Below are positions 8,883 to 16,236 of a stretch of DNA of 61,218 bases, piece after piece (position 1 is the first letter of the stretch; every line of letters begins with the position of its first letter). Under the pieces are notes generated by a model. It was not told where the DNA came from, searched no databases, and was given only the letters and a program-made list of their open reading frames with translations. The stretch is taken from NCBI GenBank assembly GCA_042571705.1, contig JBHPFV010000006.1, positions 1 to 61,218 of the forward strand, written 5' to 3'. The position numbers and the translations under genes are program-made. The DNA is from Candidatus Omnitrophota bacterium (GTDB lineage: Bacteria > Omnitrophota > Gorgyraeia > JAFGHF01).

Positions 8883-9812
8883 ATGCATAAGCTTAAAGTC
8901 GGGGTAGTCGGGGTAGGCAGTCTGGGCTCTATTCATGCCCGCATTTTTGCCGGACTCAGTGATGTAGAGTTGGTAGCAGTAGCCGATGTCGAGGCAAAAA
9001 GGGCGAAAGCAATCGCCCGGGCCTGCCGCTGCCGATATTTTACTGATTACCGCCAGCTTTTTGATCTGGTCGAAGCAGCCAGTATTGTGGCCCCGACACA
9101 ATTACATTATCCGCTGGCCAAAGACTTCCTTGAACACAACACCCACCTGTTAGTAGAAAAACCATTTACCAATACAGTTGGCGAAGCCGAACGCTTGCTG
9201 AAGCTGGCCAAAGACAAGAATCTTGTGCTTCAGGTCGGCCATGTCGAGCGATTTAACGCCGCTGTCCAGGCCGTGCAACAGCTGCCGGGAAGTCCTAACT
9301 TTATTGAGTGTCACCGCTTAGGCCCTTTTGCCGCCCGGGTAAAAGATATCGGTGTGGTCTTAGACTTAATGATCCATGACATTGATATTATTCTGGCCTT
9401 GGTCAACTCCCCTGTTGAAAGCATCCAGGCTGTGGGCGTAAATGTGCTTACTGACCATGAGGATATTGCCAATGCCCGGCTTAATTTCAAAAATGGGGCC
9501 GTAGCCAATATCACCGCCAGCAGAATCAGTTTTAAATCAATGCGCAAGATTAGGTTATTTCAAGAAAACACATATATCTCTTTGGACTACGAAGCCCAAG
9601 AGGCCCAGATTTACGCTAAACAAGGCAAAAAGATTACAAGAAAAAACATTGACATCAAAAAAGAACGCCCCCTGCAAAAAGAACTGCGGGCCTTTATCCA
9701 ATGCGTCCGGGAAAAGAAGGCCCCGCTGGTCTCGGGCGTAGAAGGAAAAGAAGCCCTGGTTGTAGCCACAAAAATACTTGAGAAGATAAAATCCCGATCC
9801 CGCCATGTCTAA
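8883..9812 (+). CDS. Gfo/Idh/MocA-family NAD(P)-dependent oxidoreductase
   Basis: Rossmann N-terminus KVGVVGVGSLGSIHA and the EKP motif (LLVEKPF). ATG at 8883 is preferred over the track's GTG at 8877 (AAAGG 5 nt upstream). Overlaps the lpxB start by 8 nt. Confidence 0.8.
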   Translation: MHKLKVGVVGVGSLGSIHARIFAGLSDVELVAVADVEAKRAKAIARACRCRYFTDYRQLFDLVEAASIVAPTQLHYPLAKDFLEHNTHLLVEKPFTNTVGEAERLLKLAKDKNLVLQVGHVERFNAAVQAVQQLPGSPNFIECHRLGPFAARVKDIGVVLDLMIHDIDIILALVNSPVESIQAVGVNVLTDHEDIANARLNFKNGAVANITASRISFKSMRKIRLFQENTYISLDYEAQEAQIYAKQGKKITRKNIDIKKERPLQKELRAFIQCVREKKAPLVSGVEGKEALVVATKILEKIKSRSRHV

Positions 9813-10938
9813 AAAAATTGTGATTGTAGCCGGAGAGGCCTCTGGTGACGCTCACAGCGCCTCGCTAATTCAAGCCCTGAAAAACATTAATCCCGATCTG
9901 GAGATTTCCGGAATGGGCGGAGAAAAAATGCGCTCCGCCGGCGCCCGGATTCAGATTGACTTGGCCGAACTGGCCATCATCGGTTTTACCGACGTGCTGG
10001 CTAATTTTAAAAAGATCAAAACCGCGTTTAAACAGCTTCTGGCCGAGATCGATTCAGTAAAACCGGCCGCGGTAATTTTAGTTGATTATCCCGGCTTCAA
10101 TCTGAAGCTGGCCAAAGAGATCAAAAAAAGGAATATTCCGGTAATTTATTATATCAGCCCGCAAATCTGGGCCTGGTGGCCGGGCCGGATCAAAAATATT
10201 AAACGCTGCGTCGACAAAATGATCGTGCTGTTTGAATTTGAACAAAAGCTCTATCAGGACCACGGTATCGACGCGACTTTTGTCGGCCACCCCTTACTCG
10301 ATAGCGCCTCGGTTACAACCAGCAAAGATGAATTCTTAAAAAAGCTGGGCCTGACTGTGCAAAAAAAGACTATCGGCTTAATCCCCGGCTCACGCAAGAT
10401 GGAAGTAGAAAGGATCTTACCCATCCTGCTAGAAAGCGCGCGCCTAATCAAAAATGAATTGCCAGCTGCGCAATTTATTGTTTTAAAGGCCCGAGGATTA
10501 GCCAAAGAAATATTCCAAAAAGAAGTGGCGAAGCATGATTTTCCTTTGCCGATCTCTGAAAACCAAACCTATGATTTTTTAAACGCCTGCGATTTCGCGC
10601 TGGTGGCCTCCGGCACAGCTACTTTAGAAACAGCGATTATGCAAACCCCGATGCTGATAGTTTATAAGGTCTCTTTCCTGAATTGGCTGATTGCCCGGAT
10701 GTTAATTAGATTGCCTTATATCGGCCTGGTCAATGTAGTGGCCCAGAAAAAAATCGTCCCTGAGTTCGTCCAGTTTCAAGCCCGGCCTAAAGATATCGCC
10801 GCTTGCGCCTTAGCCACCCTGACCCATCCTCAAGCCTTGACAACTGTAAAGCAACAATTAGGGCAAGTCCGCCAACGCCTGGGAGCAAAAGGGGCCACTG
10901 AGCTGGCCGCACAAGCCATTCTGAACTACCTAGCCTAG
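9805..10938 (+). CDS. lpxB: lipid-A-disaccharide synthase
   Basis: 377 aa with N-terminal IVAGEASGDAHSASL and typical LpxB length and architecture. Confidence 0.9.
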   Translation: MSKKIVIVAGEASGDAHSASLIQALKNINPDLEISGMGGEKMRSAGARIQIDLAELAIIGFTDVLANFKKIKTAFKQLLAEIDSVKPAAVILVDYPGFNLKLAKEIKKRNIPVIYYISPQIWAWWPGRIKNIKRCVDKMIVLFEFEQKLYQDHGIDATFVGHPLLDSASVTTSKDEFLKKLGLTVQKKTIGLIPGSRKMEVERILPILLESARLIKNELPAAQFIVLKARGLAKEIFQKEVAKHDFPLPISENQTYDFLNACDFALVASGTATLETAIMQTPMLIVYKVSFLNWLIARMLIRLPYIGLVNVVAQKKIVPEFVQFQARPKDIAACALATLTHPQALTTVKQQLGQVRQRLGAKGATELAAQAILNYLA

Positions 10939-10983
10939 GGAAATCCCCGCTTAAAAACTGCCTAAAATTTCTGCATTTTTTAC

Positions 10984-11012
10984 TTGACAAGTGTAAAGAA
11001 CAATGGTATACT
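10984..11012 (+). promoter_or_regulatory. near-consensus sigma70 promoter of the HTH-glutamine synthetase gene
   Basis: TTGACA (10984-10989), 17 nt, TATACT (11007-11012). AAAGGAG RBS at 11023-11029 and ATG at 11040. Confidence 0.6.
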
Positions 11013-11026
11013 TTACAAATGTAAAG
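10985..11026 (+). promoter_or_regulatory. candidate operator pair overlapping the glnA promoter
   Basis: TGACAAGTGTAAAG (10985-10998, overlapping -35) and TTACAAATGTAAAG (11013-11026, between -10 and the RBS). Each contains an inverted TKACA/TGTAA pair. In addition, TGTAAAG (10992-10998) and CTTTACA (11011-11017) form an inverted repeat across the -10. Confidence 0.45.
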
Positions 11027-11039
11027 GAGAAAAATAACT

Positions 11040-12548
11040 ATGGAAGAATATTTGACCCCCACGCAGTTGGCCAAAAAATTAAAGATTTCCCGCCAGGCCG
11101 TGATTGAGCGGATTAAACGCGGCACGATCCGGGCGGCCAGGGTCGGCCAACAGTATATTATCCCGCAAGATATGGCCCGAGAGTTATCGCCTACTCTAAT
11201 TTCCGATAAAAGGCGCCTGGGCAAAGAAACCAAGGCCCAAAGAGTGCTCAACTTGGTGGCCGAGCAAAAGATCCGCACCATCCAACTTTGGTTTGTGGAT
11301 ATCTTGGGGACTTTAAAGTGTATCTCGCTCAGCGAGGGTGAGCTGGCCGAGGCCTTAGAACACGGTAAGGGGTTCGACGGTTCCTCAGTCACAGGATTTG
11401 CCGAGGCCCAAGAAAGCGATATCATCGCCAAACCTGATCCGGATACATTTACGATCCTGCCCTGGACTCGCGCCCAGAGCCCGATCGGCAGGATGTTTTG
11501 TGACATCCTCAACCCTGACGGTAGCGCTTACGCCGGAGACCCCCGTTATGTGCTCAAACGGGTCTTGGCCCGGGCCGGAAGATTAGGCTTTACTTTTTAT
11601 GTCGGCGCGGAATTAGAATATTTTTATTTTAAAAATGACAAAAAACCGGAGGTCCTGGATGAAGGCACCTACTTTGAGCTGATCCCCAACGATATCGCCA
11701 ATAATTTGCGTAATGAAACCGTGCGCACCTTAGAAGATATGGGTATTGTCATTGAGGCCACGCATCATGAAGTCGCGCCCAGCCAGCATGAGATTGACCC
11801 CAAGTATGCCCGGGCCTTAACTACCGCCGATCAAATTATTACCTCGCGGTTTGTGATTAAAGAAGTGGCCCAACGCCAAGGCGTCTACGCCACCTTTATG
11901 CCTAAGCCGATCTTCGGCGTCAACGGCACCGGCATGCACCTGCACCAGTCGCTATTTAAAGGAAAGAAAAACGCCTTTTTTGATAACAAGGATAAATCCA
12001 GCCTCTCGCCAACAGCCAAACAGTTTATTGCCGGAGAGCTCAAGCATGCCCGGGAAATCTGTGCCTTAACCGCCCAATGGGTCAACTCCTATAAAAGGCT
12101 GGTCGCAGGGTATGAGGCCCCGGTCTATGTCTCTTGGGCCCAACGCAACCGGACTGCCTTGATCCGCGTACCGCTTTACCGGCCGGGCAACGAACAAGCC
12201 ACCCGGGCCGAGCTGCGCTGTCCCGACCCAGCCTGCAACCCCTATCTGGCCTTTGCGGTCATGCTGGCCTCCGGACTAGAGGGCATCGAGAAAAAATACA
12301 AGATTACTCCGCCGGTGGAGCCGAATATTTATGAGATGGAGATGGAAGAACGTAAAAGGCGGGGCTTACATGCGCTTCCGGGCAACCTGTTTGAGGCCAT
12401 TGAGGAGACTAAAAAAAGCGCGCTGGTCCGCGATACCCTGGGCGAACACATCTTCACGCGCTTTCTATTAAATAAAGAAAAAGAATGGGAGGAATACCGG
12501 ATCCAAATCACCTCCCATGAAATCAAAAAATATCTGCCCTTTCTTTAG
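11040..12548 (+). CDS. glnA: glutamine synthetase (GSI-alpha-like) with an N-terminal excisionase/MerR-type helix-turn-helix extension
   Basis: 502 aa. The first ~60 aa (LTPTQLAKKLKISRQAVIERIKRGTIRAARVGQQYIIPQ) look like an HTH_17-type DNA-binding domain. The remainder is GS (DGSSVTGF, ELEYFYF, HHEVAPSQHEI, NGTGMHLHQSL, NSYKRLVAGYEAP, RNRTALIRVP). Confidence 0.85.
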   Translation: MEEYLTPTQLAKKLKISRQAVIERIKRGTIRAARVGQQYIIPQDMARELSPTLISDKRRLGKETKAQRVLNLVAEQKIRTIQLWFVDILGTLKCISLSEGELAEALEHGKGFDGSSVTGFAEAQESDIIAKPDPDTFTILPWTRAQSPIGRMFCDILNPDGSAYAGDPRYVLKRVLARAGRLGFTFYVGAELEYFYFKNDKKPEVLDEGTYFELIPNDIANNLRNETVRTLEDMGIVIEATHHEVAPSQHEIDPKYARALTTADQIITSRFVIKEVAQRQGVYATFMPKPIFGVNGTGMHLHQSLFKGKKNAFFDNKDKSSLSPTAKQFIAGELKHAREICALTAQWVNSYKRLVAGYEAPVYVSWAQRNRTALIRVPLYRPGNEQATRAELRCPDPACNPYLAFAVMLASGLEGIEKKYKITPPVEPNIYEMEMEERKRRGLHALPGNLFEAIEETKKSALVRDTLGEHIFTRFLLNKEKEWEEYRIQITSHEIKKYLPFL

Positions 12549-13315
12549 ACTGCACAAATCGTCGGTGGGCGGCCTTTAAAGGCGTTGTCGGCGATGAGTT
12601 TCCTTACTTTGGCAATCATCCCCTTCTTGAATCCCAGCTGGATCAGTCTGGGCTGGATGAACTTCCGATCGACCAGATAATAAAGCAATTTATCTACCCG
12701 CTCATAGGTCAGGCCCAGCTCGCCTTCGTCAGTTTGACCGGGCCAAAGACCAGCCGTGGGGACCTGCTCAATAATTTTGGCGGGAATACCTACATCTTGC
12801 GCTAATTGGCGAATCTGCGTTTTATAAAGACTGCCTAAAGGATTAAAGGCGCAGGCTACATCGCCATAGAGTGTGCCGTATCCTAAGAGCAGTTCGGTCT
12901 TGTTGCTAGTGCCCAATACCAAAGCGCCCCAAGCCTTGGATTGATCGTAAAGAATGCTCATCCTTTCTCTGGCCATCTTGTTGCCCCGCCTAATTCTATT
13001 GGCGCCTGGGCACTGCTTGAAATAGGCATCGATCTGAGGCGTAATTTTAATCAGCTGAGTCTTCACCCCGTACTTACGGGCAATCAACTTAGCGTTATTT
13101 AGACTAGTGGCTGAAGAGGTCCGGTAGGGTAAAATTAAGCCGCGGACATTTTTGGCTCCCTGGGCCTGGACGCCAAGATAAAGCGCTAAACTTGAATCCA
13201 GGCCTCCGGATAAACCTAAAATTAGCCGGCGGGATCCAGCGGCTTTGGTTTGTTGGCGAATAAATTTAATTAATTTTTGTTTAACTTTTTTGGAATCGAT
13301 CAATAGCCCGGACAT
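12545..13315 (-). CDS. nadE: NAD+ synthetase (short, ammonia-dependent type)
   Basis: PP-loop SGGLDSS. Start moved to the ATG at 13313-13315 (MSGLLIDSKK), which has GGAGGAG upstream. Its stop overlaps the glnA stop by 4 nt (convergent genes). Confidence 0.85.
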   Translation of the reverse strand: MSGLLIDSKKVKQKLIKFIRQQTKAAGSRRLILGLSGGLDSSLALYLGVQAQGAKNVRGLILPYRTSSATSLNNAKLIARKYGVKTQLIKITPQIDAYFKQCPGANRIRRGNKMARERMSILYDQSKAWGALVLGTSNKTELLLGYGTLYGDVACAFNPLGSLYKTQIRQLAQDVGIPAKIIEQVPTAGLWPGQTDEGELGLTYERVDKLLYYLVDRKFIQPRLIQLGFKKGMIAKVRKLIADNAFKGRPPTICAV

Positions 13316-13331
13316 CTTTTCTCCTCCGCTG

Positions 13332-14852
13332 TTATCTGAGAAAATAATTTGAGGTCGGCTGGGCATCACAAGTAAAATTAATCTGTAGCTTGCGTAAACC
13401 CTCCTGATCGCCCTGGGAAGGGATGTGGGTCATGTGCATTTCGCAATTGCGTAGAAGTTTTAAGGCCTTGATCGCGGCTTCGGCAGTTGGGTTACTAGCT
13501 GCGGAGATGGATAAGGCGACTAGTGTTTCTTCTAAATCCAGGCTTTCGGTCTTGGAGCTTAAGATCTCTTTTTTTAAGGCGGCAATATTGCTGATTACGC
13601 CGCGGGGTAAGAGATGAATCTTGTCCGGGATATCAGCCAGGTGTTTAATCGCGTTAACAATCGCCGCGGAGGCCGCATGCATCAGGCTGGAATTCTTGCC
13701 GCTGATAATTTTGTCGTCGGGAAGCTCAATTGCCGCGCCGGAAAAGATATCTGTTCCCTTGTCCTTGGTCTTGCTCAGTTCTAAGGCGGCGCGCCGGGCC
13801 GGCAACACACACTGGCGTTGTTCTTCGACCACGCCGATTTCTTTCATTAGTTCTCTGGCCCGCTCTACTGTCTCTTTCTTTTCTAAGCCCTGCATGAACT
13901 CCCAATGATAACGGAAAAACCTCCGGATCACTTCCTGCTTGGCCGCTTCGCGCACCACGGCATCATCAATAATTCCGAAACCGGCCTGATTGACGCCCAT
14001 ATCCGTGGGTGAATTATACATCAGCATTGTCTTGCCCCGTCCGACAATCCGCAGCAGGATACTTTTGAGGATCGGAAAGGCATCGACATCGCGGTTATAA
14101 TTAATCGTCCGCTTGTTGTAGGTCTTCTGATGAAAAGGGTCAACCAGATTATAGTCCTGGATATCCGCCGTAGCCGCCTCATAAGCTATGTTGACCGGAT
14201 GCTTCAGCGGTAAGTTCCAAATCGGAAAGGTCTCAAACTTGGCGTATCCGGCATTGATCCCTCTTTTATGATCATGATAAAGCTGGGAAAGGCAGGTGGC
14301 CAGCTTGCCGCTGCCCGGTCCGGGCGCGGTAACTACGACAATCGGTTTTTCGGTCTTGATATAATCGTTGCGTCCGTAACCGGATTTGCTGACAATCGTT
14401 TTGATATCGGCGGGGTAGCCTTCAATTTCCCGGTGAATGTAGATCTTAATCCCTTTTCTTTCCAGCCTATTCTTAAATTTTATCGCTAACGGCTCTGATT
14501 TAAAACGGCTGATCACTATCTTTTTTACATCCAGGCCCCAGTCTTTTAAATCATCGATGGTCTTCAGGCAGGCCATATCATAAGTCATTCCAAAGTCACC
14601 GCGCAATCTGCCGGCCTCAATATCTTTGGCATAAATACAAATCACAATTTCAATATTTTCTTTAAGTCTCTGCAGGAGCTGCATCTTGACGGTCGGGTCG
14701 TAACCGGGCAGGACGCGTGAGGCGTGAAAATCGAAAAGCAGTTTTCCGCCAAACTCAAGATAGAGCTTGTGGTCGAATTTGGCCACGCGTTCTAAGATGG
14801 CCTTAGTCTGCTGATCCAGATATTTCTCGTTATCAAAACCGATCTTCTTCAT
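13332..14852 (-). CDS. DUF1846/UPF0371-family protein (function unknown)
   Basis: 506 aa. Matches my recollection of the UPF0371 family over its full length (FDNEKYLDQQTKAILERV, LYLEFGGKLLFDFHASRVLPGYDP, VVVTAPGPGSGKLATCLSQLYHD, YAKFETFPIWNLPLKHPVNIAYEAATADI). Confidence 0.75.
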   Translation of the reverse strand: MKKIGFDNEKYLDQQTKAILERVAKFDHKLYLEFGGKLLFDFHASRVLPGYDPTVKMQLLQRLKENIEIVICIYAKDIEAGRLRGDFGMTYDMACLKTIDDLKDWGLDVKKIVISRFKSEPLAIKFKNRLERKGIKIYIHREIEGYPADIKTIVSKSGYGRNDYIKTEKPIVVVTAPGPGSGKLATCLSQLYHDHKRGINAGYAKFETFPIWNLPLKHPVNIAYEAATADIQDYNLVDPFHQKTYNKRTINYNRDVDAFPILKSILLRIVGRGKTMLMYNSPTDMGVNQAGFGIIDDAVVREAAKQEVIRRFFRYHWEFMQGLEKKETVERARELMKEIGVVEEQRQCVLPARRAALELSKTKDKGTDIFSGAAIELPDDKIISGKNSSLMHAASAAIVNAIKHLADIPDKIHLLPRGVISNIAALKKEILSSKTESLDLEETLVALSISAASNPTAEAAIKALKLLRNCEMHMTHIPSQGDQEGLRKLQINFTCDAQPTSNYFLR

Positions 14853-14883
14853 TTTTTCAGGGTATTATACCACGATCGATTCA

Positions 14884-15807
14884 TTAGCGCAAGGCCAAGC
14901 TGATAAATAAAGGCACGGTAATTATGCTGACTAAAGTAGTAAAAAATACTCCCTGGGCGGCTAAATGGGCATCGCCGCCAAACCGCTTAGTGAGAATGGG
15001 CGTGGTCGAGGCCGCCGGCATCGCCGCCTGTAAAATAATAATCGCGCGTAAGAGCTGCGGTAAATCAGTGCAGCAGTTAATCAGCAAAAGCGCTAAAGCA
15101 GGCAAGACAATTAGCCTGGAGACCACCAGCGTAATCATTACTCGGGCGTTAATAGCCTTATCCGGCTCGCGGTGGGCTAAAATCGAACCGACCACGATCA
15201 GGGCCAGGGGAATCGTGGCCGCGCCGATTAAGTCGGCGGCCCCCAAAATAAATTGGGGCACGCCTAAGGCGCTGACTCCCACAATCAAGCCTAAGACTAA
15301 AGCGATCGTTGATTTATTTAATAAATTCTTAAAGATCTTCCACCCTCTTTGTTGCGGACCGGCCAACAGCGCAACGCCAAAGGTCCAATAGACAAATGTA
15401 ATCCCCAGATTAAACATAAACACCCAGACCAGGCCTTCCTGGCCAAACAGCGCAAAGATAATCGGGATAGCCAGAAATCCATAATTGGGAAAGGTGACCA
15501 AAAACATAAACGTCCGGCGTTGCTCAGGGGCCAATTTTAGATGGCGGCAGGACAGATAGCTTAAGCCGAAGGAGGCAGCTAGCAGCGCCACGGCAAATAA
15601 CGGCAGCGTAATCACCGATAGGAAAAGTTCTTTGGTCAGGTTGGTGGCCAGGACATGGAAATACAGAAACGGCAAGGTCACTTCCAGGGCAATCCGGCAG
15701 AGGCCGTCGGTAGTCTCCTGGTTGAGGATCTTGCGCCAGCGGGCCAAGGTACCCACCAGAATAATCAGAAATATCGCCGCAATTCTTGAAAACACCGACA
15801 CAAACAT
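14884..15807 (-). CDS. AEC (auxin efflux carrier) family permease
   Basis: 307 aa, about 10 TM segments, typical AEC/membrane-transport family layout. Confidence 0.75.
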   Translation of the reverse strand: MFVSVFSRIAAIFLIILVGTLARWRKILNQETTDGLCRIALEVTLPFLYFHVLATNLTKELFLSVITLPLFAVALLAASFGLSYLSCRHLKLAPEQRRTFMFLVTFPNYGFLAIPIIFALFGQEGLVWVFMFNLGITFVYWTFGVALLAGPQQRGWKIFKNLLNKSTIALVLGLIVGVSALGVPQFILGAADLIGAATIPLALIVVGSILAHREPDKAINARVMITLVVSRLIVLPALALLLINCCTDLPQLLRAIIILQAAMPAASTTPILTKRFGGDAHLAAQGVFFTTLVSIITVPLFISLALR

Positions 15808-15828
15808 TATCTAACCCACAAGGGTAGA

Positions 15829-15860
15829 CCTGCGCAATTCCTTTAAGCGCAGGGTCACAT
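15829..15860 (-). repeat. intergenic module H, degenerate copy (hairpin plus GTCACAT)
   Basis: cctgcgc-aattcctttaa-gcgcagg followed by gtcacat. Same CCTG...CAGG-TCACAT frame as copy A at 6832. Confidence 0.6.
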
Positions 15861-15870
15861 TGGGAACCGA

Positions 15871-15892
15871 TTCGATCGTAGTTCGATCGTAC
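15871..15892. repeat. 11-bp tandem duplication
   Basis: ttcgatcgtag / ttcgatcgtac. Each unit contains the CGATCG palindrome. Confidence 0.8.
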
Positions 15893-16016
15893 GCGTTTAA
15901 GCTTTTGCTGCGTATTTTTGCCGCTCGCTGCAATTTTTTTCCGAGTTGTGGCATTTACCACTCGCTTCGCTCGTGGCCTGATAGATTGTTAATTTAAGGA
16001 GAGGCAGTTCACAAAT

Positions 16017-16051
16017 TTGCCTGCCCGCCATGCTTTAGCGGTGGCAGGCGG
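16017..16051 (-). repeat. intergenic module G, copy 1
   Basis: ttgcctgcccgccatgctttagcggtggcaggcgg is 29/35 identical to 28845-28879. It forms an imperfect hairpin (GCCTGCCCGC / GCGGTGGCAGGC). Confidence 0.8.
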
Positions 16052-16187
16052 GGCGGAATTCCCTCGTAAGAATATAATTGGGTGATTCTCGGTCAGTTCC
16101 GCCATTTGCTCACTGTAAATGCTCACAACTCTGTTGCAAAAAAATTGCTTATGCTCGCTAAACAAAAACACTCCGCAAAAGCTTAAA

Positions 16188-16236
16188 AGGGTACACTTTC
16201 CCGATTGAGTTTGGCTCAGCTTCCCGATTGAATCAG
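16188..16236. repeat. intergenic module F, third (degenerate) copy
   Basis: gggtacactttcccgattga-gtttggctcag-cttcccgattga resembles the doubled ACACTTCTCCGATTGA unit of 43179-43239, in the same plus-strand orientation. Confidence 0.65.

Noticed and set aside
10985-11026. Canonical TnrA/GlnR box (TGTNA-N7-TNACA)
   Set aside because: The half-sites match but no pair has N7 spacing. The site is reported only as a candidate operator of unknown cognate protein.
10787-11512. 241-aa ORF on the minus strand spanning the lpxB end, the glnA promoter and the glnA 5' region
   Set aside because: It is antisense to two genes with unmistakable family motifs. It has a Ser/Leu/Arg-rich composition typical of shadow ORFs and no recognisable domain or SD.
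15524-16171. Track ORFs 15524..15961 (145 aa) and 15989..16171 (60 aa), plus a 45-codon ORF starting in the conserved CATGGCG of module G
   Set aside because: The first overlaps the AEC transporter out of frame. The others lack SD sequences, are made of repeat-module sequence, and the corresponding frame in the second module G copy is only 11 codons. They are kept only as a caveat in the finding on the 425-nt gap.
15808-16232. Possible CRISPR array, given the many short repeats in intergenic regions
   Set aside because: The repeats are not regularly spaced direct repeats with unique spacers. They are dispersed across the window as different modules, and no cas genes are present. The Cas4-like domain at 43244-46174 is fused to a UvrD helicase.
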